Assembly: GCA_002376865.1 (NCBI GenBank)
Contig: DFOU01000011.1
Span: 16,969-80,968 of the forward strand
Direction of reading: 5' to 3'
From: Patescibacteria group bacterium UBA3533
Lineage (GTDB): Bacteria; Patescibacteriota; Minisyncoccia; Phycocordibacterales; Phycocordibacteraceae
Length of the DNA: 64,000 nt
Notes under the pieces: model-generated
The model's input: only the letters and a program-made list of their open reading frames with translations
The model's database searches: none
Told to the model about the DNA's origin: nothing
Made by a program: the position numbers and the translations under genes
Part shown: positions 46,732 to 55,108 of the stretch, one piece after another
Layout of the letters: each line of letters begins with the position of its first letter
Numbering within the stretch: position 1 is the stretch's first letter

Positions 46732-47155
46732 AGGTAATATTTCTAGTCTCTCCCTTAAGCTCTATTTCTATTTCTTTCCGGAAATCAGGAAGCTCCTCCT
46801 CTACCCTCTCTGGCCACTCAAGTACGATGAGGTTTTTACTGTCTTGTAGTAACTCTTTAAAACTAATTGGTTCAAGACCCTCTTCTCCTTCTAGTCTATA
46901 TGCGTCTATATGAATAAGTTTTTCAAATTTTTGATCTACAAGATCGTACTCTTTCGCCAATACAAAAGTTGGAGATGTTATGTGCTCTTCAACACCTAAA
47001 ACTTTTGCCAATTCTTTTGTGAAGGCAGTTTTTCCAGCCCCCAAGTCACCCTTTAGAGTTAGCAAGGCTGCATGCTCGTTATCCTGCTCGAGTGTCTCGT
47101 ATATTTCTTTTGCTACATTTTGTAGCTCCTCTAGTGTAGAGATATTCCATTCCAT
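46721..47155 (-). CDS. tsaE: t6A37 biosynthesis ATPase TsaE
   Basis: GDLGAGKT, SPTF, HIDAYRL, EW. Confidence 0.95.
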   Translation of the reverse strand: MEWNISTLEELQNVAKEIYETLEQDNEHAALLTLKGDLGAGKTAFTKELAKVLGVEEHITSPTFVLAKEYDLVDQKFEKLIHIDAYRLEGEEGLEPISFKELLQDSKNLIVLEWPERVEEELPDFRKEIEIELKGETRNITYGR

Positions 47156-47231
47156 TAAGGCTATTGTACCAAATATGAAAAACCGCGCCTTTCCCGAAGG
47201 AAAGACGCGGTTGCTTGCCGTCCACTTGAAG

Positions 47232-47684
47232 TTAGCGATAGCGGCCACTGCCGTAGTAGCTGGTGCGGCACGCAGGATGGCGATCCCAGCGAGTCACACA
47301 TTCGAAGCGATCCTCATGGAGCATCACGTCGAACTCTTCGGCCACACACGGGCCACGACGACGCTGGTTACAGCGAGGAATCGTGACAGAACGCCACTGT
47401 TCTTCGCCCTCCAGGCGCACCCAGACGATGTGGGCCGCATCACTCATGTGACGAAGCCGGTCCGAATGCATCGCTCCAGGTCGCCCCAAGATGGTGCAGT
47501 GGCCGCGGACATACCCTTCAGCTTGCGTGGTGCAAACCTCGAAAGGTAGTCCGGAGCGAAACTGGATGTTCCCAGTGTCGCCGAAGTTGAAGAAGTTACG
47601 GGCATCGCCCGAACCAACTTCGGCTGTGGTTGCGCACCCTCCGAGGAGGGTGAGCGCGGCAAGTAAAGGTACAAGATGACGCAT
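47232..47684 (-). CDS. Putative lipoprotein, GC-rich gene
   Basis: Lipobox LLGG-C; GGAGG SD; several Cys. Confidence 0.7.
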   Translation of the reverse strand: MRHLVPLLAALTLLGGCATTAEVGSGDARNFFNFGDTGNIQFRSGLPFEVCTTQAEGYVRGHCTILGRPGAMHSDRLRHMSDAAHIVWVRLEGEEQWRSVTIPRCNQRRRGPCVAEEFDVMLHEDRFECVTRWDRHPACRTSYYGSGRYR

Positions 47685-47717
47685 GTCACCCTCCATTCAT
47701 TAGTGAATACTGTGTAT

Positions 47718-47746
47718 ATTATATAACTTTACTATGTTTTTGTCAA
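47718..47746 (-). promoter_or_regulatory. Perfect consensus sigma70 promoter
   Basis: TTGACA-17-TATAAT on minus strand. Confidence 0.75.
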
Positions 47747-47760
47747 TATAGATACTTCGT

Positions 47761-47792
47761 CTACGTAATTAACTACGTAGTTAATTACGTAG
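47761..47792. repeat. Perfect 32-bp palindrome
   Basis: CTACGTAATTAACTACGTAGTTAATTACGTAG equals its own reverse complement. Confidence 0.95.
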
Positions 47793-47819
47793 CTAGCACA
47801 TCCCTGGTATTATGTGCCT

Positions 47820-49472
47820 ATGCCAGAGTTTAAGGATGGAGATAAAACCCTAGACGCCGCACGGCGCGCTGAAGCTGAAGATGTTTCAGAGATTTTAGCG
47901 AATCGATACAACCTTGGGTACATAAACCTAAGCACCTACCCCATAAACCCTGAGGCACTTCGTTTGAGTACTGAGGATGAAGCAAGAGCAATGCGTATTG
48001 TTCCCTTTCAAAAAGAAGGAAAGGTTGTGAGCATTGCTTTTGATAGGCCGACAAATCAAAATATTGATACATTTGCTCAGGAACTTTCTTCAAAAGGATT
48101 TTCTGTGGAGAAATTCCTTGTATCTTCATACAGTATTGAAAAAGCTCTTACTCGATATGCTGATCTTGATGCAGCATCTACAAGCACTCCTGGAGCATTT
48201 ACTATTTCAGAAAATAGATTGGCAGAAGAGCTCTCTCAATTAACTTCCCCAGCTGACATTACGAAAAAAGTAGACTCTTTGAGCAAGTTAGATAAGGCAC
48301 GACGTGCCACACGACTACTTGAGGTTCTTTTTGCAGGAGCTGCCTCAGTTGGCGCATCTGATATTCACCTTGAGCCTGGAGAGGAGGCAGCTCGCATTCG
48401 AATGCGAGTTACCGGAATGCTCCAAGACATTGCTCGTATTGATCTTCCAGCATACAGCCTGCTCCTTTCACGTATTAAATTGCTCTCTGCAATGAAGTTA
48501 AATGTGCACACACGTCCACAAGACGGACGATTTAGTATTGCTATCGGAGAGAATGACGTAGAAGTGCGAGCATCTGCCATTCCTGGAGCTTTTGGAGAAT
48601 CTATGGTGCTGCGTGTTCTTAACTCAGAGCAAAGTAAGGTATCAATAGACTCGCTTGGTATCCCAGAAAATATTCTCTCTCGTATTGAAAAGGAAATTAG
48701 AAAGCCAAATGGAATGCTTCTCACAACAGGACCTACAGGATCTGGAAAAACAACAGCACTGTATGCATTCCTTCAAAAGATTTACTCTCCCGACATTAAG
48801 ATTATTACCATCGAAGATCCTGTTGAGTATAAATTGCCAGGAATTGTACAGACACAAGTTGAAAAAGATAAGTACACCTTTGCCTCAGGACTTAAGTCAT
48901 CTCTTCGACAAGACCCTGATGTAATTATGGTTGGAGAGATTCGAGATGCAGACGTTGCGGAGACCGCAATTAGAGCATCTCTAACAGGACACTTTGTACT
49001 TTCAACGCTCCACACCAATTCTGCGGCAGGAACCTTCCCTCGCCTTGTAAATCTTGGTGTTGATCCAAAGAGTTTTGGTTCTGCAATTAATGTAGCGATG
49101 GGACAGCGTCTTGTGAGGGTATTAGATCCTGCCAAAACAAAGGATGCACCTCTTGAAGGAGCAGAGAAAGAGTTTGTAGAGAAGCACCTCTCTACCCTTC
49201 CTGAGAACGTAGAAAAGCCAGAGGTTCCTGAAATGCAGAAAGTGCCTGCGACAGATACTCCAGCTGATGCTTTTGTAAGTCGAGTTGGAATTTACGAGGC
49301 AATCTTTATGGACGATGAGCTTGCTGAGTTCCTAAAAAGTAGCCCTAGCGAGAGTGCTATACAAAAAGAAGCGCACCGACAAGGTACGCTTACAATGGCC
49401 CAAGATGGAGTGCTTAAGGCACTTAAGGGCACAACTACAATCGCAGAAGTGATGCGAGTTGTAGGTGAATAG
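47820..49472 (+). CDS. pilB: GspE/PilB-family pilus assembly ATPase
   Basis: ASDIHLEP, PQDGR, GPTGSGKTT, TIEDPVE, LRQDPD, STLHTN. Confidence 0.93.
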   Translation: MPEFKDGDKTLDAARRAEAEDVSEILANRYNLGYINLSTYPINPEALRLSTEDEARAMRIVPFQKEGKVVSIAFDRPTNQNIDTFAQELSSKGFSVEKFLVSSYSIEKALTRYADLDAASTSTPGAFTISENRLAEELSQLTSPADITKKVDSLSKLDKARRATRLLEVLFAGAASVGASDIHLEPGEEAARIRMRVTGMLQDIARIDLPAYSLLLSRIKLLSAMKLNVHTRPQDGRFSIAIGENDVEVRASAIPGAFGESMVLRVLNSEQSKVSIDSLGIPENILSRIEKEIRKPNGMLLTTGPTGSGKTTALYAFLQKIYSPDIKIITIEDPVEYKLPGIVQTQVEKDKYTFASGLKSSLRQDPDVIMVGEIRDADVAETAIRASLTGHFVLSTLHTNSAAGTFPRLVNLGVDPKSFGSAINVAMGQRLVRVLDPAKTKDAPLEGAEKEFVEKHLSTLPENVEKPEVPEMQKVPATDTPADAFVSRVGIYEAIFMDDELAEFLKSSPSESAIQKEAHRQGTLTMAQDGVLKALKGTTTIAEVMRVVGE

Positions 49473-49610
49473 AAAAAACGCATAGTCCCTAAGGCAATTA
49501 AGATCCCTGAACCTGGGGAGTCAATCAGCAACAAAACCGAAGTAATGCACCAATTGGTCCCTGGGACGGGCCCAAGCCGTCAAGCTTTGCCTTAGAGACT
49601 ATACGTTCTT
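49473..49610 (-). ncRNA. ssrS: Putative 6S RNA (compact)
   Basis: 21-bp closing stem with G-U pairs only on the minus strand; CUUGGGCC/GGUUCAGG helix; central bubble; UUCG-capped distal stem. Confidence 0.6.
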
Positions 49611-49672
49611 GTCTAAAGAAAAAGGCGAGTAAAGTACTCGCACTGGAAAGGATTCTATCATATAATACAGAC

Positions 49673-50653
49673 ATGTCAAGTACCCCGGAAGAAAAGAAAG
49701 ATATACGAGTAGACCTCGACGCAACACTTCGCCCTGATAATTGGAAGGAGTATGTAGGTCAGGAGCATGCAAAAGAGAACCTCAAGATCTCTATTGAGGC
49801 TGCTAAAAACCGTGGAGAGCTTCCGGAGCACCTACTTTTCTATGGACCTCCTGGTGTTGGAAAGACAACACTAGCGCACGTTATCGCAAATGAGCTAGAC
49901 GCTCCTGTGCGAGTAACATCAGGTGTTGCAGTTGAGCGTGCAGCAGATTTAGCTGCCATCCTTACAAACTTAGAGCCAGGAGACGTGCTCTTTATTGATG
50001 AGATTCATCAACTTTCAAAGAAAGTGGAGGAGCTTCTCTACCCTGCCCTTGAAGCAGGGAGGCTCGATATTATTTTAGGGAAAGGACCATCAGCTCGTAC
50101 TGTGCAACTAGACCTTCCTCCATTTGCACTCGTTGGTGCAACGACACGAATTGCCCAGGTATCGTCCCCTCTTCGCTCTCGCTTTGGAGGAGGAGTTCAT
50201 CAACTTGATTTATATACTGACGAAGAGATTCAAACGATCATCTCTCGATCTGCAAAGCTTCTAAAGTTTGATGTGCCTGAAGATGTTCTAAAACTTATTG
50301 CACACCGTTCACGATCTACTCCAAGAACTGCAAACTTCCTCTTAAAGAGGTTTAGAGATTATGTCTCTGTACAAGACAAGAAGCCTGATCCAAAGTTGTT
50401 TGCAGATGCATGTACATTGTTTGGAATAGACGAGATGGGACTTACTAAAGACGATAGACGATATCTTAAAGTTCTAATCGAGACATTCCGAGGGGGACCT
50501 GTTGGAAGCAAGACACTCGCTACAGCTCTTGGAGAAGAAGTTACAACACTTGAAGACCTTTACGAGCCATACCTTATCCGTCTTGGGTTTGTTGAAAGAA
50601 CAACAAGAGGACGTACTGCAACAAAGAAAGCATATGAGCATTTGGATTTATAG
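49673..50653 (+). CDS. ruvB: Holliday junction helicase RuvB
   Basis: LRP, GPPGVGKTT, FIDEIH, GATT, YEPYL. Confidence 0.97.
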   Translation: MSSTPEEKKDIRVDLDATLRPDNWKEYVGQEHAKENLKISIEAAKNRGELPEHLLFYGPPGVGKTTLAHVIANELDAPVRVTSGVAVERAADLAAILTNLEPGDVLFIDEIHQLSKKVEELLYPALEAGRLDIILGKGPSARTVQLDLPPFALVGATTRIAQVSSPLRSRFGGGVHQLDLYTDEEIQTIISRSAKLLKFDVPEDVLKLIAHRSRSTPRTANFLLKRFRDYVSVQDKKPDPKLFADACTLFGIDEMGLTKDDRRYLKVLIETFRGGPVGSKTLATALGEEVTTLEDLYEPYLIRLGFVERTTRGRTATKKAYEHLDL

Positions 50654-50654
50654 T

Positions 50655-50810
50655 ATGGATAAAAAAGAAAAAAATCTGGGAATTGCCATAGGAGTAGGAT
50701 TGAGCCTTGGAGTTGTGTTTGGTGCAGTTCTTGAAAATGTTGGACTTGGAATATCCTTAGGGCTGGCACTTGGTGCTGGAGTTGGTGTTGCTTTTAATGA
50801 AAAGGAGTGA
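50655..50810 (+). CDS. Small glycine-zipper membrane protein
   Basis: MDKKEKNLGIAIGVGLSLGVVFG...GISLGLALGAGVG. Confidence 0.65.
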   Translation: MDKKEKNLGIAIGVGLSLGVVFGAVLENVGLGISLGLALGAGVGVAFNEKE

Positions 50811-50849
50811 CTTTTCTTTTAAGTTTTAAGTACGTATAGTAGAAGCAAT

Positions 50850-51380
50850 ATGGCAGGACATAATAAGTGGTCAAAAATTAAGCACAAGAAAGCAATTACC
50901 GATGGAAAGAAAAGTAAGGTCTTTTCAAGGCATGCAAAGTTAATTGCAGTTGCAAGTAAGGCAGCAGGTGGAGATGTAAGTGATCCAGGTCTTCGTGCTG
51001 CAATTGATAATGCAAAGGCAGATTCAATGCCAAAAGATAATATTGAGCGTGCTGTCGCAAAAGGAACAGATAAAAATGCTGCAGATCTAGAGCCAATTAC
51101 CTATGAGTTCTATGGGCCCGGAGGACTCGCCTTTATTGTCGAAACACTAACTGACAATAGAAATAGAACAGCTCAAGAAATTAAGCACATTCTTTCAAGG
51201 AGAGGCTTTACTCTCGGTGAGCCAGGATCTGCCGCATGGGCATTTACAAAATCTGGAATGGAATGGACTCCAAATTCAACAATGGATCTTCCGGATTCTG
51301 AACTTGAATCATTTGAGGCACTTATAGAAGATCTGGAGGAGCAAGACGATGTACAAGATGTCTTCAGCAACAAATCATAA
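50850..51380 (+). CDS. yebC: YebC/PmpR family protein (short form)
   Basis: MAGHNKWSKIKHKK, YGPGG, TDNRNRT, DDVQDVF. Confidence 0.95.
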   Translation: MAGHNKWSKIKHKKAITDGKKSKVFSRHAKLIAVASKAAGGDVSDPGLRAAIDNAKADSMPKDNIERAVAKGTDKNAADLEPITYEFYGPGGLAFIVETLTDNRNRTAQEIKHILSRRGFTLGEPGSAAWAFTKSGMEWTPNSTMDLPDSELESFEALIEDLEEQDDVQDVFSNKS

Positions 51381-51852
51381 AACAATACTAGCGTGTGACC
51401 CCGGATATGACCGGCTTGGTATTGCTGTGCTTGAAGGAACAGTGCACGAGTCTTCCCTCCTCTTCTCTACCTGTCTTCAAACAGATAAAAAAGATGATCT
51501 CTCAAAAAGACTTGGGGAGCTACACCAAGAGCTTCTTTCAATAATTAAAAAATATAAACCTGATGCGATTGCAGTTGAAAAACTTTTCTTCTCAACAAAT
51601 AATAAAAAGAGTGCGCTTGCTGTAGCAGAGTCTCGAGGCATGATTTTAGCACTCGCTGGAGTTCACGAAATCCCTGTAATTGAACACTCTCCCCAAGAAG
51701 TAAAGATTGCAGTAACTGGATATGGAAGTGCCAGTAAAAAAGATGTAATGGACATGACAAAGCGTCTTATCAAAGGAATTGACCCTAAAGCACTTGATGA
51801 TGAATATGATGCGGTAGCGCTTAGTATCTGTGCGCTTGCATCTCATAGGTAG
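51358..51852 (+). CDS. ruvC: Crossover junction endonuclease RuvC
   Basis: DPG, AVEKLFF, RG, VKIAVTGYG.A.K, DDEYDA. Confidence 0.95.
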   Translation: MSSATNHKTILACDPGYDRLGIAVLEGTVHESSLLFSTCLQTDKKDDLSKRLGELHQELLSIIKKYKPDAIAVEKLFFSTNNKKSALAVAESRGMILALAGVHEIPVIEHSPQEVKIAVTGYGSASKKDVMDMTKRLIKGIDPKALDDEYDAVALSICALASHR

Positions 51853-51891
51853 GTGCGATACCTTCGATATTGGATTAAAAGGGAGAGAACA

Positions 51892-52320
51892 ATGAGTTTT
51901 CAATATGTTGCTGCCGCAAGTGCTTTTCTTTCGGCAATTGCAAAAATTGAGCGGGAAGAAGACTTTCTTCCGCTTTGTTTTTTTGTTGAAAAAACTTCTG
52001 AAGCTTCTCACATGTCTGAGGAGGATATCTCTGAAGTACTGGAAGCACTTGATCTTGAGATTGAGTCTTTCCGTGCTGAGATAGACCCGGATGAGAAGAT
52101 GCTGGGAAAAGCTTTGAACCTTCGTGAAAAAATCGCAAACAAAGACGGCGGTATCTATCCCGCCTGCGAAATTCTGGAGGAAGCAGTAAAGAAATTTGCT
52201 GCCCCGGGACAAAGGCGTGTTTTGCTTGAGCTGTGCAAGATTCATGGTCCTCAACAAAACATTCCTCATCGAGAAAGACTCACTGAGGGACTCTCTGTCT
52301 CTCTTCGGGAAGCAGCGTAG
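51892..52320 (+). CDS. Hypothetical protein
   Basis: GGGAG SD; terminator 52328-52356. Confidence 0.6.
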   Translation: MSFQYVAAASAFLSAIAKIEREEDFLPLCFFVEKTSEASHMSEEDISEVLEALDLEIESFRAEIDPDEKMLGKALNLREKIANKDGGIYPACEILEEAVKKFAAPGQRRVLLELCKIHGPQQNIPHRERLTEGLSVSLREAA

Positions 52321-52455
52321 TTTTTTAATGGCCTGCCAAGATTCTTGGCAGGCCATATTTATATCCACAAACACGCAAAAAACATCTTGCGTGTATAAAT
52401 TTTTTTGATAAAAATACAGAGCGCAAACGCGCCATTAGATCTAATGAACATTTTT

Positions 52456-52599
52456 ATGAGCGATCATGAAGATATGAGTCCAGCAATGGATGACGAAATG
52501 ATGGACGATGCTATGGAAATGGATGCAGATGATGCTGAAATGGAAATGGACGGTGAGGATCACGAAGAGGATGGTGATTCTGACGAAGACGAGGAGTAA
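52456..52599 (+). CDS. Very acidic Met/Asp/Glu-rich micro-protein
   Basis: Uninterrupted 47-aa low-complexity ORF followed by a terminator (52605-52643); alternative start at 52444. Confidence 0.6.
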   Translation: MSDHEDMSPAMDDEMMDDAMEMDADDAEMEMDGEDHEEDGDSDEDEE

Positions 52600-52669
52600 A
52601 TATATAAAACACAACGGCCCTACACTTGGGGCCGTTGTGTTTTACGTTGGTACTCGCTAGTATTGATGC

Positions 52670-54751
52670 ATGAAAAAGAAAGGTCTGCTTAGATCACACC
52701 ACAAGAGAGTATTGGCTCTGTTTTTCGGAACAGGATTCCTTATGACAGGGATTCTTATTCTTTGGGTTGCCCTACTCCCTACTCCAGACCTCAATGCTTT
52801 TGAGGAGCGAAAGGTTGTACAATCTACAAAAATCTATGACCGTACAGGAGAAGTTCTTCTCTATGATTTAAGTCAGGATGTGAAGCGGAGCTTGGTTCCT
52901 CTATCTGACATTTCTCCATATATTCAAAATGCGACTATAGCACTTGAGGACGATCGTTTTTATGACCACTTTGGTGTTCGTCCAATTGCTTTTGTACGAG
53001 CAATTCTTGTAAATATTACAAAAGGATCATTCGCTCAAGGAGGATCAACAATCACACAGCAGGTTGTAAAAAACTCTATCCTTACTATCGATAAGAGTAT
53101 TTCTCGAAAGCTAAAAGAGTGGATTATCGCTATTAAGCTTGAGCAGGTGTACTCAAAGGATCAAATTCTTTCTGTCTATCTCAATGAATCTCCATATGGA
53201 GGAAACTTGTATGGAGCAGAGGAAGCCTCTCGTGCTTTCTTTGGAAAAAGTTCAAATGACGTAACGCTTGCAGAGGCTGCATACCTTGCAGCACTTCCTA
53301 AAGCACCTACTTTTTACTCTCCATATGGAAATAACAGAGACAAACTAGAAGAGCGAAAGAATTTTGCACTACTAAGAATGTCTCAGCTTGGATTTATTAC
53401 AGAAGAAGAGCACGAGTCAGCAAAAACAGAAGACGTTACCTTCCTCCTTCGAGGAGACCAAGGAATCAAAGCTCCTCATTTTGTATTTTATGTGCAAGAA
53501 AAACTAGAGGAGCTTTATGGTCCACGTGTAATTGAAGAAGGAGGACTTACTGTTATTACAACTCTTGATTTTGATCTTCAAGTTAAGGGTGAGGAGATTG
53601 TAAATCGATATGCACTAGCAAATGCTGAGCGACATGATGCAGAAAATGCTGCAATTATTGCTATTGATCCAACAAATGGAGAAATCCTCACCATGGTTGG
53701 TTCAAGAGACTACTTTGATACTGAAATTGATGGGAACTTTAATATTGCTCTAGCCGAGAGGCAGCCTGGATCTACCTTTAAACCATTTGTATATGTACAA
53801 GCTCTACGAGAAGGATACACACGAGACACAATTCTCTTTGACCTCCCTACTCAGTTCTCTGCTTCTTGTGATTCAGACAAGTTTGAAAGTGATGATGAGT
53901 GTTATTCACCTGGAAACTATGATGACCTCTTCCGTGGGCCAATGAAATTGATTGATGCTCTTGCACAATCAGTTAACGTACCTGCCGTTAAGGCTCTGTA
54001 TCTTGTTGGAATTCAGGATGTAATTAATCTTGCCTCAAGAATGGGACTCACTACCCTAACTGATCCTGATCGATACGGACTTTCTCTTGTGCTTGGAGGT
54101 GGAGAAGTTCAACTTATCGACATAACAAGTGCTTATGGAGTATTTGCAACCAATGGAGTGAGAAACGATGAGTTTGCCATTAAAGAAATTCGGGATAAAA
54201 ACGGTGATATAGTCTATGAATCATCTCTTTCTCCTAAAGTTGTTCTAGAAGAGGCTGCTGCAAAAGAATTGAACTTCATGCTTTCAAATAATGAAGCTCG
54301 AACTCCAGCATTTGGAGCAAACTCTCCTCTACACTTTGCAGGATATGACGTTGCTGCAAAAACAGGAACAACAAATGATTATCGAGATGCGTGGATTATT
54401 GGATATACACCAAACATTGCAGTTGGAGCGTGGGCTGGAAACAATGACAACAGACCAATGGATAAGCAGGTAGCTGGATTTATTATTGCTCCACTATGGA
54501 ATGAGTTTATGCGAGAAGCTCTCCTTACTCGCCCAAGAGCATTCTTCTCTGAGACTCCTCCTGTACCGCAAGACATCAAACCCATCCTTCGAGGTGTGTG
54601 GAATGTGGAGAATAATATTGGACACTCAATCCTTCATTATGTAGACAAGAACAATCCCAGAGGGCCTCAACCTCTATTGCCTGGAAATGATTCTCAATAC
54701 GCACACTGGGAGTACTCTGTGCAGAATTGGTTGTTTGGAGGTGTTAATTAA
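52670..54751 (+). CDS. Class A penicillin-binding protein (PBP1A family)
   Basis: EDDRF, GGSTITQQ, RKLKE, STFK, SVN, KTGT. Confidence 0.95.
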   Translation: MKKKGLLRSHHKRVLALFFGTGFLMTGILILWVALLPTPDLNAFEERKVVQSTKIYDRTGEVLLYDLSQDVKRSLVPLSDISPYIQNATIALEDDRFYDHFGVRPIAFVRAILVNITKGSFAQGGSTITQQVVKNSILTIDKSISRKLKEWIIAIKLEQVYSKDQILSVYLNESPYGGNLYGAEEASRAFFGKSSNDVTLAEAAYLAALPKAPTFYSPYGNNRDKLEERKNFALLRMSQLGFITEEEHESAKTEDVTFLLRGDQGIKAPHFVFYVQEKLEELYGPRVIEEGGLTVITTLDFDLQVKGEEIVNRYALANAERHDAENAAIIAIDPTNGEILTMVGSRDYFDTEIDGNFNIALAERQPGSTFKPFVYVQALREGYTRDTILFDLPTQFSASCDSDKFESDDECYSPGNYDDLFRGPMKLIDALAQSVNVPAVKALYLVGIQDVINLASRMGLTTLTDPDRYGLSLVLGGGEVQLIDITSAYGVFATNGVRNDEFAIKEIRDKNGDIVYESSLSPKVVLEEAAAKELNFMLSNNEARTPAFGANSPLHFAGYDVAAKTGTTNDYRDAWIIGYTPNIAVGAWAGNNDNRPMDKQVAGFIIAPLWNEFMREALLTRPRAFFSETPPVPQDIKPILRGVWNVENNIGHSILHYVDKNNPRGPQPLLPGNDSQYAHWEYSVQNWLFGGVN

Positions 54752-55107
54752 ATAAGAACTTCCTTCTCATTTATAAGATGAGTATGAAAATGTGCCGGAA
54801 TTGATTTATTTCTCATCATCGGTTCAAACATATATCCATAATTAGAATGGATATATTCTTTTTTAATTAGAAGCATCTCTTCAAACTCTTCTTGCGTTAA
54901 TTCTTCTTCTCCTACATGTCTTTTTGAAACCAACATGTCATGATCTTTTGCAATAAGGTCATACGGAAATTTATTTTTAATTATTTTCCAATGATTCCAT
55001 TCTTTTATTGATGGTTCATTACAAAGAGGACACTCTTTAAGTCCTCCATTATTTTTTTCTTTTGTATATAAAGCTTCAGTTTCTTTTGTTCTAAAGATCT
55101 TTCCCAT
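54748..55107 (-). CDS. HIT-like protein
   Basis: CPLC, NKFPY, KRHV, HFHTH. Confidence 0.75.
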   Translation of the reverse strand: MGKIFRTKETEALYTKEKNNGGLKECPLCNEPSIKEWNHWKIIKNKFPYDLIAKDHDMLVSKRHVGEEELTQEEFEEMLLIKKEYIHSNYGYMFEPMMRNKSIPAHFHTHLINEKEVLI

Positions 55108-55108
55108 A

